Source: an uncultured archaeon
GTDB taxonomy: Archaea; Asgardarchaeota; Thorarchaeia; Thorarchaeales; CAZPUN01
Reading direction: 5' to 3'
DNA length: 32,000 nucleotides
Assembly: GCA_964589775.1 (NCBI GenBank)
Contig: CAZPUN010000004.1
Coordinates: forward strand, 9,737 to 41,736
This document shows positions 1 through 8,349 of the stretch, piece by piece. The notes beneath the pieces were generated by a model. It saw only the letters and a list, made by a program, of their open reading frames with translations, was not told the origin of the DNA and made no database searches. The first letter of the stretch is position 1. Every line of letters begins with the position of its first letter. Position numbers and translations under genes: made by a program.

Positions 1-375
1 CTTTTTATTGTTTTAAAACTAAAATAGAAAATTTTATCTTTCGCAATTCCTTAATCTATTATTTTATGCGCAAATATTAATATTTTAATTATTTTTTCTT
101 TTTTAGTCCTTTATGATTTTACTAATGCGTTTATAATTCAGTAAAATATGAAAAATTCTTTAAACTATTTCTAATAATCGGCAAAAGATTTCTAATTTCT
201 TATTTTTGAGGATTGAATTAATATTTTATATTTTTATCATTTTTTAATGATATTTTTATGAGATTTGCAATTTTTCGATATATTTATTATAATTTATTTA
301 TAAATGGCTTTCTTTAATAAAAATATTTAAATAGGTTTATTATACAGTATTATATAAATAAATGGGGGTTGGTTA

Positions 376-2142
376 ATGAATTACAGAAAAACAAAATTTA
401 TCAAAATATTTTTTATTTTGTTTATGTTTAGTATTACTTTGCTTACATTTCCAACTAATTTTCTAAATTCTAACCTTAAACCCCCTTCAAATTATAATAA
501 TTTTGCGCAAATATATAATTCAAAAATTCATTACGATGATAATATACTAAATTATAAATCTATTAATACAAATAAAGATATCTTAAAATCTGTCTATAAA
601 AATTATACGGATACGAATATAAAAAATGTAAAACAAGGAATGCAAATAAAACTTGACATTCCATATCCTGGTGAAGGTAAAAAAGATCTTGCTGCGACTC
701 CTAATGGCGTATTTACGACAGACATGCGTAATTATGGTTACTGGAAAGAATCACCTACAGGTGTTCCCCAATCTCTTGCCCCAACTGGTGGTGCTTGGTT
801 CTTAGCAGGTTTATTATTTCCAAAGGCAACTAATTCTGAATTATCATTCTTAATAACATCTTATGCAAGGGGTATTGCACACATTATCCTAAAAATTGTT
901 GTGAGTCGTGTGAAGTATCAAAATGGGCAATATGTAGATCCATATACCCGGTATTTTTATGTTTTGTTAGATGGCAGTCAAATTTATTTTTGCTATTATT
1001 CTCAAAATTCTCCTGTATTATCCCTCGAACTTCCTGTTTCAATTGGGTATGGCGAACATAAAGTTACATTAAGAATTTATAATGGGAATTATAGGAATAA
1101 TGCATATACAGTAAAAGCATTCAGTATTTCAAATTCTGATAATTCAAACGTGAAATTTTCGGGAATCATATTTCCAAAAGCATCACAATCAAAATTGTCA
1201 TGGTTTGCTTTAGCTGGAAAAGATACTTTTATTGATTTTAGTATTCGTTCAGTATATGATATGTTTGGTAGAAACATCCGACTTTATATTGATAATATTC
1301 TCAAAAAGAGTAGTTATCTTAATCACGATATTCCTAATAGATTTGAATGGCATTTGGGAGACCTTATGGATCCCACTAATAGTTCAAAAGAAAGATTAGT
1401 AAAAGTAACGTTAGAAATCTATTTTGGTGGATATTCATCTATTGGTTGGGTATTATATTCAGAGTTATTTACGCATCTCTCGAAATACTTTGAAGTTGAC
1501 TATTCTATAGGATTACTTGACCATGGTGCTCTTCAACAAAATCTTAATAGGCTTCTATATCTTGATCTTCCTTACATACAACTATACTATATGACTCATA
1601 GCTTTTCCAGAGTTGTATTTGTAATTGATGATGTATTACCATATTCAACGAATCATGATTCAAAATCTGTATGGCTTTACCTAACATATGGCATGTATAA
1701 AAATCTACGTAGTCTTTATTTTGATCATAAAAATGATATGTATTGGGACTATCTACTTATTGCACACTGGTTCGAATCTAGAGATAGCGGATTACTCGGT
1801 ATGTATATAACAAAGGAACATACTCCAGTATATCATAGAGACCCTTATAATCCTCAAATTTATCGAGATTATGGTAGCATGGGTGTAATTATATTTATGA
1901 ATGCTATTCTGCATTACTTCCCCTCCAGTCCTTATGCAGCTAGATCTATTGCTATGCACGAAGTCGGGCATGCACATGGTGTACTCTATATTAAGAAAAG
2001 TAATGATGGTCGTTTTTATGAAAAATACTCTAGTTATGCATACGATGTTATGGCAATGGCTTCTCATTATAATACATTTTATGAAATGCCATTTTATAGT
2101 GAATTTTATTGGAATTTACGATTATTATTTATTTATACATAA
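376..2142 (+). CDS. Secreted/membrane-anchored protein with duplicated beta-domains and a C-terminal zincin-like metallopeptidase domain
   Basis: 588-aa ORF. GGGGGT RBS at 364-369. Basic plus hydrophobic N-terminus (KTKFIKIFFILFMFSITLLTF). AMHEVGHAHG (HExxH from H528, nt 1957) is followed by a Met-turn-like YDVMA. Confidence 0.7.
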   Translation: MNYRKTKFIKIFFILFMFSITLLTFPTNFLNSNLKPPSNYNNFAQIYNSKIHYDDNILNYKSINTNKDILKSVYKNYTDTNIKNVKQGMQIKLDIPYPGEGKKDLAATPNGVFTTDMRNYGYWKESPTGVPQSLAPTGGAWFLAGLLFPKATNSELSFLITSYARGIAHIILKIVVSRVKYQNGQYVDPYTRYFYVLLDGSQIYFCYYSQNSPVLSLELPVSIGYGEHKVTLRIYNGNYRNNAYTVKAFSISNSDNSNVKFSGIIFPKASQSKLSWFALAGKDTFIDFSIRSVYDMFGRNIRLYIDNILKKSSYLNHDIPNRFEWHLGDLMDPTNSSKERLVKVTLEIYFGGYSSIGWVLYSELFTHLSKYFEVDYSIGLLDHGALQQNLNRLLYLDLPYIQLYYMTHSFSRVVFVIDDVLPYSTNHDSKSVWLYLTYGMYKNLRSLYFDHKNDMYWDYLLIAHWFESRDSGLLGMYITKEHTPVYHRDPYNPQIYRDYGSMGVIIFMNAILHYFPSSPYAARSIAMHEVGHAHGVLYIKKSNDGRFYEKYSSYAYDVMAMASHYNTFYEMPFYSEFYWNLRLLFIYT

Positions 2143-2166
2143 TATAAAACATAAGGGGGTGATAAA

Positions 2167-3003
2167 ATGCATATCTTAAATATGAAAAAAATAAAATTAA
2201 CATTGTTCGTGTTATCAATAATAATAAGTGGGTTTGGAATTTATGCATATGGAACGGCTAATACAACTGACAAAATTATTATTTATGGGCGAGGCTTATT
2301 CTTTTACAATGGTGAAAAATACACTTCTGTACCTGTAAATATCTCCACTTCTACCACTACATACAATTTATGGTCTCCTGAAATCGATAATATGTCTTAT
2401 TGTATTCTATCGCCATATTTCTACCTTGAATTAACAACTAACACGACTATCTCTATATCCGTAAAATATAATGGTATCATATATAGTGAAACATACAACT
2501 TTGAAAGTATAGGTAAATATGATGGACTATTTTTCTTATCGATTGATCATGGAAAATTGGAAATCAATGTAGAACTCTATTCAAATACAGGTTATATCTC
2601 AAGTATGGTGGAAAAAGTATCCAATAATATGCTAACATACAATCTCCCAATTTATGGCATTACTATCTCTTTTGAAAATGTTACTGACTATACAATTTAT
2701 AATATATCTGCAACATTAGCGAGACCAATTAAACAAAATCGTAGTTCATATATATATTTGCCATACTTTGTTACAAGTGATAACTTTACAAATATAGGAT
2801 ACAAATATTTTCCTTATGCTACAATGTATGTTCTATGTAATAATCAAACATATTTCTATAATTTTACTGTATCTAATGGGATAGAAACAAAATCAGTACT
2901 TGTTTACGAAGGAATTTCAATAGGTATGGAAATTACAATTATTCAGCAAAATACAACATTTCATTTAAAAACCTATACATTTCATGTAGATCGCGCTCAG
3001 TAG
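2167..3003 (+). CDS. Hypothetical secreted/membrane-anchored beta-rich protein
   Basis: 278-aa ORF 24 nt downstream of the previous gene. GGGGGTGA RBS at 2155-2162. KKIK plus hydrophobic N-terminal helix. Rich in Y/T/N/I with several N-x-S/T sequons. Confidence 0.7.
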   Translation: MHILNMKKIKLTLFVLSIIISGFGIYAYGTANTTDKIIIYGRGLFFYNGEKYTSVPVNISTSTTTYNLWSPEIDNMSYCILSPYFYLELTTNTTISISVKYNGIIYSETYNFESIGKYDGLFFLSIDHGKLEINVELYSNTGYISSMVEKVSNNMLTYNLPIYGITISFENVTDYTIYNISATLARPIKQNRSSYIYLPYFVTSDNFTNIGYKYFPYATMYVLCNNQTYFYNFTVSNGIETKSVLVYEGISIGMEITIIQQNTTFHLKTYTFHVDRAQ

Positions 3004-3549
3004 TTCTTAGAACTTCATACTCTTTTTTCATAAACTTTCTTTTAGTAATTTTGTACATATGGTTTCCTATTAAAATGCGATGGGTTTGCCTATAGGTTAT
3101 CTTAGGATAGCCATTTTTGCATCTACTTGTTGTGCCCCAGCGGGAGAGTAACACGCTCGGATTATATACTAAAATCATTAATGAACTTTTATGTGACATA
3201 TCACCGCTTTAAAAAGCGATACTTTCTCGTAGATTATCTGTAAAAAGCACGCGAAGTGTAGCCAAATGATTGAATGTAGGGAATCATCTTTTAGAAAATG
3301 TGTTGTGAAATGTTCAAAAAATTAACGTTTATGTTTCTCACATAAATTCTGTTTTCTATTTTTGATGATATATTTGGTCTGTTGTAGAATCAGATAACTA
3401 TCAAAGGTAGATTTGTATCTTAAACTACGTTAATTCACAAAACGTTTATATCATTAATATGTTAATGGAGCCCGAAACTATATGCTATAAATGGTTTAAA
3501 ACAATAGATTTTTTATGGTATTCGTTAATATTACATTTGAATATATCGA

Positions 3550-3573
3550 TGATATCTGCACGTGTAGATATCA
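3550..3573. promoter_or_regulatory. 24-bp near-perfect palindrome, putative operator
   Basis: TGATATCTGCACGTGTAGATATCA has 11 of 12 symmetric pairs complementary. It ends 3 nt before the GGAGG RBS (3577-3581) of the ArsR gene. Confidence 0.6.
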
Positions 3574-3588
3574 CTTGGAGGATTTCAA

Positions 3589-4233
3589 TTGAGTGAAAAA
3601 CATATGGACGATAATCAACCAATCGATATTGAATCCTATCTAAAAGGTCTTTCTACTGAGACACGTTTAGATATTTATATGTATTTAGCTTTTTATGGTG
3701 AAATGACTACGACACAATTAGCTAAGGCACTCGGTAAATCACACCAGACGATTTCGCATCATCTTGCTATTATGGAAGAAGCAAAAATAGTTGAGCAAAC
3801 ACGTGTAGAAGTTTGTAAGAATTATGTTGAGAAATATTATAGCTTAAGGTCTGACAGCTTGAAAGGATTCAATAAGTTGGTGAATGAATCTCCATCTTTT
3901 GAATACATTAAAAAAGAATATCCTGTCCTTGCACAAGAGATGATGTTAGGTATTTTGGGATTTATTCGTGCAATAGCATTAAAGGCAAGTCGATTAATTA
4001 AAAATATTGAAAAGACAAACACTTGTACATTTGATGCCCGTATTAGGCTTGTCAGCGAAAAAGAAGCAAAGAAAATACTTTCCGGTAATAATTTCAAAGA
4101 GTCATGTCGAGAACTTATTAATGATACTGAAAGTTCAGATATTCCAGAAGTTGCGTTAATTTTTGCGGCATTTCCACTCAAAAAGATATTAGAGCCTGTA
4201 GATACACATGTTGAATGTGAAGTTGATAAATAA
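3589..4233 (+). CDS. ArsR/SmtB-family winged-helix transcriptional regulator with C-terminal extension
   Basis: Motif LS-TETRLDIYMYL...MTTTQLAKALGKSHQTISHHLAIMEEAKIVE...EKYYSL. TTG start with GGAGG RBS. Confidence 0.85.
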   Translation: MSEKHMDDNQPIDIESYLKGLSTETRLDIYMYLAFYGEMTTTQLAKALGKSHQTISHHLAIMEEAKIVEQTRVEVCKNYVEKYYSLRSDSLKGFNKLVNESPSFEYIKKEYPVLAQEMMLGILGFIRAIALKASRLIKNIEKTNTCTFDARIRLVSEKEAKKILSGNNFKESCRELINDTESSDIPEVALIFAAFPLKKILEPVDTHVECEVDK

Positions 4234-4237
4234 AAAG

Positions 4238-4252
4238 ATGCCATAAAGGCAT
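4238..4252. terminator. Small hairpin between convergent genes
   Basis: ATGCC-ATAAA-GGCAT lies in the 20-nt gap between the convergent ArsR and GH38 stop codons, flanked by A- and T-runs. Confidence 0.3.
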
Positions 4253-4253
4253 T

Positions 4254-7145
4254 TCACATTTTAATTTTGAATGTCTTTATTTCTTTAGGTTTAATTGTTA
4301 TGCTAAATTGATCTGTATCTGCTGAGATGATATTTTCTGATTTTTCTTCTAGTGTTGTTTCAATGATTTTATTGACCTTGTCCCATAATTTCACTTCTGT
4401 GTCAACTTTTTTATTTAGTGGGTTCCATAGTCGTAGTATCACATCATTGGAGTCCTCAGATTTCTTAAATGCACTGAGTAATATATCCTCTGATGAGATT
4501 TTTACAAAGCTTTTCTCATGTATTTCTGTTCCTGAATAATTGTAATATACTTGCGATAAAATTCTTGTATAAAATTGATTTGCATATTTTGCTACTTTTG
4601 CCTTATCCCATTTTTCTCTATGTAAATAGATCGCATAGTTAAACTTCATAGATCTCATGCATTGGGCTTCTGGAGTATCGATTATAGGTCCTGCAGGTAA
4701 AGTTCTTGTTTTCATAGCCAATCCCGAAAGTCTTCCTATACTTCTAAATAATGTTAATGCTAGCGTTGAGTTTTCATCTTGTAGTAATTGGTATTCTGGT
4801 ATTCCAAAAGCAAATAGTGTGAGTCCATGATTTGCATTACTTACATCTACAAACTTGCGAAATGGATGTGTTCCTATTAACTTTTGAACCCAGTCGTCTT
4901 GCTTTGGCAGTTCGGTACTACGTGTTATGACATCAAATAAGCTATCTGAAATACTCTTCTTTGAATTTGTATAAGTTGGAAATAGAACTCTTAATCGATG
5001 ATCTTTTATTCTATTTTCTATTACTGTTTCAAATTCTACTATTTTTGAGTTCTTTTTGAGTATTATTGTTGTATTTATTGTGAGTGTTTCCATTTCTTTT
5101 GACCTTTGAGACATATCATATGTAAGAGATTTCGGAAGTAACCAATCAATTCGAAGTTTTGCAAATTGTACAAGTGGTCCTTTTTCTATTTTTTCGATTA
5201 CGATTTTTGGTGGGTTATCGATTGTTGTATATTTCGTACTATGGATCGCTGGAGAATAGTCATATTCATCGCCCGCATCTTCGATATCTTCAAAAATGTG
5301 TAAATTCTTATATGTAATGTTAGTTTCTTTATCATAGATTGTTATTGTTCCATTTTTATTATTTATTTCAATCTTCAATAGATTATTCTCTAATATTGCA
5401 TTTGTTGAATCTCTTTGATGTTCGTTTTCATATTTTGGATAAATATCAAAACATCTATAGCCGAGAGCTGGTATCTTATCAACTTCAATAGCCATATGAA
5501 CTAAGAAATCCTTTTCAGATATAATATTACTATCATTATTTATTATAGGTTCAAATTTGATAATTTGAGTTTTAAGTTCGGTTCCTTTATTGTTTTTCAC
5601 AACAAAATTCTTTGGTATTATGTCATCTGCGAAATGTTTTCTTGCAAATACATTTTCAATTTCTAAATCATTGTTCACTTGAACATTAAATATCGAAATT
5701 GTTTTGCTTACTCTTTTTTCAGGAATTCCCATGAATCTTAATGCATTTGTAAAGTCAAATGTAAATGTTGTATGCGACTCACTACTGATTTCGTTTTCAG
5801 GAGAAGGATCCCAGCCGTAAGCCTTCATTAATGCCAAGTGGATTTCATTTTTTGAAGATTCTAGTTTATCTTTTGGATTTACATTTGTAATTGCGTATCT
5901 TGGAGATTGTTTAACCAATGCAACATCCGACAGTTTAAATGATACCATAACTACTCCTGAAATCTCCCATGGATTTGGATTAAAAATGAACAGTTTTCTT
6001 CCAGATGGTAATCGCGTTTGAATATTCTCCATAATATTATCCAAAACAATTTGTCCAATTTCTTGAATCCATCTATATCGTTGTTCATTATCCTGATGAA
6101 CCTCATCAATACTACAACCACAAATACTATCGTGAGGCTGATTTTGAAGTAGGTATTTCCACATAGTATCTATTTGTCCATCGTCATAGTGTCCTGTCAT
6201 TATTAACGATATTGTAGATAATGGCTCAATGTATTTTTCAATCAAACGTTGGGCTTCTTCATTCATTCTTTTTAAGTATGCTCTACTAGAAAGAACTCCT
6301 GTCAATAAATAATGGTATTTTGCTCCACGAAATTCTCCGCGATATGTGCGTAAATCCTTATTTTCATTAAGAACTGCTTTTACGTAGTCCTCTAATCTTG
6401 CATGCATAAACTCCCAATCCGAATATTGTTTGTTTAAATAATCAATAACTTCTGGTATATGTGGTTGGGGTTCTAAATGATCAGATCCATTCATTAATAG
6501 AAAATTATTTGTTTTCACATATGGGTTAAGGCGTTCTAAAACATCTACTATTCGATCTGCTGCGTCTTCTATATCTTCTGGAAGACCTGCGATATTGCCA
6601 TATCCTTCCTTCAGCCAAATTGCCAGGACTCTACTTCCATCTGGGGCTTCCCACCAAAATTCAGTACCTAATTCTTCCCCTTGATTGCCCATACCTCTCA
6701 TAAAAATGAATGAATTAATATTAAATCCTCTTAATATTTGTGGCATCTGCGATATATGTCCAAATGGGTCTGGTACGTATCCTACTTTCATTATATTTCC
6801 GAATTCTTTTGCAATTCTATGGCCTCGAAGTAAATTACGAATTAAGCTCTCTCCCGAAATTAAAAATTCATCTGGTAATATATACCACGGTCCTATGTCT
6901 ATCCGCTCGTTTTCTATATATTTTTTCAAATGGGTTTTTTCATATGGTTTTACTTCTAAGTAATCTTCTAAAACGATCGTTTGTCCATCAAAAGTCCAGT
7001 GCTTAAATTTTTCATTTTTATCTAAAATATTTAGCAGCTTATCTGTTAGTTTAAGTAATTTAGCCCTAAACTGTTCAAATGTAAGATACCATTCTCTATC
7101 CCAATGGGTTTCTGAGATTATATATGCTTTTTTCTTATCATTCAT
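4254..7145 (-). CDS. Glycoside hydrolase family 38 alpha-mannosidase (MngB-like)
   Basis: Motifs THWDREWY, DGQTIVLEDYL, GPWYILPDEFLISGESLIRNL, GYVPDPFGH (nucleophile Asp), NGSDH, QPHDSICGCS, DAGDEYDYSP and LTLFRS. Confidence 0.92.
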   Translation of the reverse strand: MNDKKKAYIISETHWDREWYLTFEQFRAKLLKLTDKLLNILDKNEKFKHWTFDGQTIVLEDYLEVKPYEKTHLKKYIENERIDIGPWYILPDEFLISGESLIRNLLRGHRIAKEFGNIMKVGYVPDPFGHISQMPQILRGFNINSFIFMRGMGNQGEELGTEFWWEAPDGSRVLAIWLKEGYGNIAGLPEDIEDAADRIVDVLERLNPYVKTNNFLLMNGSDHLEPQPHIPEVIDYLNKQYSDWEFMHARLEDYVKAVLNENKDLRTYRGEFRGAKYHYLLTGVLSSRAYLKRMNEEAQRLIEKYIEPLSTISLIMTGHYDDGQIDTMWKYLLQNQPHDSICGCSIDEVHQDNEQRYRWIQEIGQIVLDNIMENIQTRLPSGRKLFIFNPNPWEISGVVMVSFKLSDVALVKQSPRYAITNVNPKDKLESSKNEIHLALMKAYGWDPSPENEISSESHTTFTFDFTNALRFMGIPEKRVSKTISIFNVQVNNDLEIENVFARKHFADDIIPKNFVVKNNKGTELKTQIIKFEPIINNDSNIISEKDFLVHMAIEVDKIPALGYRCFDIYPKYENEHQRDSTNAILENNLLKIEINNKNGTITIYDKETNITYKNLHIFEDIEDAGDEYDYSPAIHSTKYTTIDNPPKIVIEKIEKGPLVQFAKLRIDWLLPKSLTYDMSQRSKEMETLTINTTIILKKNSKIVEFETVIENRIKDHRLRVLFPTYTNSKKSISDSLFDVITRSTELPKQDDWVQKLIGTHPFRKFVDVSNANHGLTLFAFGIPEYQLLQDENSTLALTLFRSIGRLSGLAMKTRTLPAGPIIDTPEAQCMRSMKFNYAIYLHREKWDKAKVAKYANQFYTRILSQVYYNYSGTEIHEKSFVKISSEDILLSAFKKSEDSNDVILRLWNPLNKKVDTEVKLWDKVNKIIETTLEEKSENIISADTDQFSITIKPKEIKTFKIKM

Positions 7146-7158
7146 TTATTTCACCTAT

Positions 7159-8325
7159 TCAACTATTTGATATCTTATTTATGTGGAATTCATTGTAATT
7201 TGTGCCATAAAAAACCGTGGGTATCCTCTTATTATGTCGAAAATATTCTTTTAATATATATTGTACGAATTCATTTACTTTTTCTTTTTGAACCAAATTA
7301 ATTGTACAGCCCCCAAAACCGGCTCCACTTAATCGCGTACCATATACATAATTTTGTTTATGTGCTAATTCTACTAATATGTCTAACTCCTTTATTGAGA
7401 CTTCATATAGATCTTTTGAGCTAAGGTGTGACTGATACATTAGTTCCTTTATTTTTTCTAATGCTTTATGTTCTAATGCATCTTTCATTTGAATAACGCG
7501 TTCGTTTTCTTCAATTACATGTTTTATCCGTTTAAATAATATCTGTGGAAGCATTTTTTCTAAATCTTCTAAATCATCTATTGTTAAGTCGCGCAAAGAA
7601 TCTATATTCTGCTTTCTTTTTATGATCTTGATGGCTTCTTTAATTTCTTCTCTACGGGCTCGTAATGCATCTGCTGCTGCTCGTCGTATTCCTGTATCTA
7701 CCATAATCGGTATTATTTCATTTGGAATTTTCAATAATTCATATGATTCGCTCTTGCAGTCAATTAATAATGCTTTATTTTTTGTACCTAATGCAGAAAC
7801 AAATTGATCTAATATTCCACAATTTGATTTGACAAAATTATGTTCAGCTCTATACCCTATTAGTGCAATTTCCTTTTTTATAATTGGTATGTTGAAAATC
7901 CCATAAATGCTTCCTGTAAAGGATATTTCAAGTGCTGCAGATGAGCTCATACCGGATCCAATTGGAATGTTTGATATAATATAAGCATCGAAGCCATTCA
8001 ATTTGATACTTTTCTTTAATTCCAAAATTATTCCGAGTAAATAATCAGACCAATGATCTTTCGGCTTAGTTGGTATGTTATCTAAATCAAATTCAATCAA
8101 CTCATTAAAATTTCTTGAGAACACTCGCATTTTTCTATTCTCATTACGTCTTGCTAAGGTAATTGTTGAGAAGGGCATAATTGTACCCATTACATACCCC
8201 TTATTGTAATCTGTATGATTTCCGATTAGTTCAGCTCTTCCTGGTGCTATTGATATTACTTCAGGTGAATTTTGAAAAATTTCTTTATATTGTTGAATAA
8301 AATTCTCTACTTGCATTAGGATCAC
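7159..8325 (-). CDS. galK: Galactokinase-family (GHMP) sugar kinase
   Basis: Motifs APGRAELIGNHTDYN, IPIGSGMSSSAA, CGILDQ, SHLSSKDLYEVS and RLSGAGFGGC. The start could be GTG 8325 or ATG 8316. Confidence 0.85.
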   Translation of the reverse strand: MILMQVENFIQQYKEIFQNSPEVISIAPGRAELIGNHTDYNKGYVMGTIMPFSTITLARRNENRKMRVFSRNFNELIEFDLDNIPTKPKDHWSDYLLGIILELKKSIKLNGFDAYIISNIPIGSGMSSSAALEISFTGSIYGIFNIPIIKKEIALIGYRAEHNFVKSNCGILDQFVSALGTKNKALLIDCKSESYELLKIPNEIIPIMVDTGIRRAAADALRARREEIKEAIKIIKRKQNIDSLRDLTIDDLEDLEKMLPQILFKRIKHVIEENERVIQMKDALEHKALEKIKELMYQSHLSSKDLYEVSIKELDILVELAHKQNYVYGTRLSGAGFGGCTINLVQKEKVNEFVQYILKEYFRHNKRIPTVFYGTNYNEFHINKISNS

Positions 8326-8349
8326 AATAAAAAATATAGAAAAATGTGC

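Noticed and set aside
2939-3199. 86-aa minus-strand ORF
   Set aside because: It overlaps the end of the 278-aa gene and has no clear RBS or motifs, so it is probably spurious.
7090-7115. GH38 SETHWD in place of SHTHWD as a sign of inactivation
   Set aside because: In GH38 the zinc ligands are the second His and the Asp of this motif, plus the nucleophile Asp and the later HD His. All are present.
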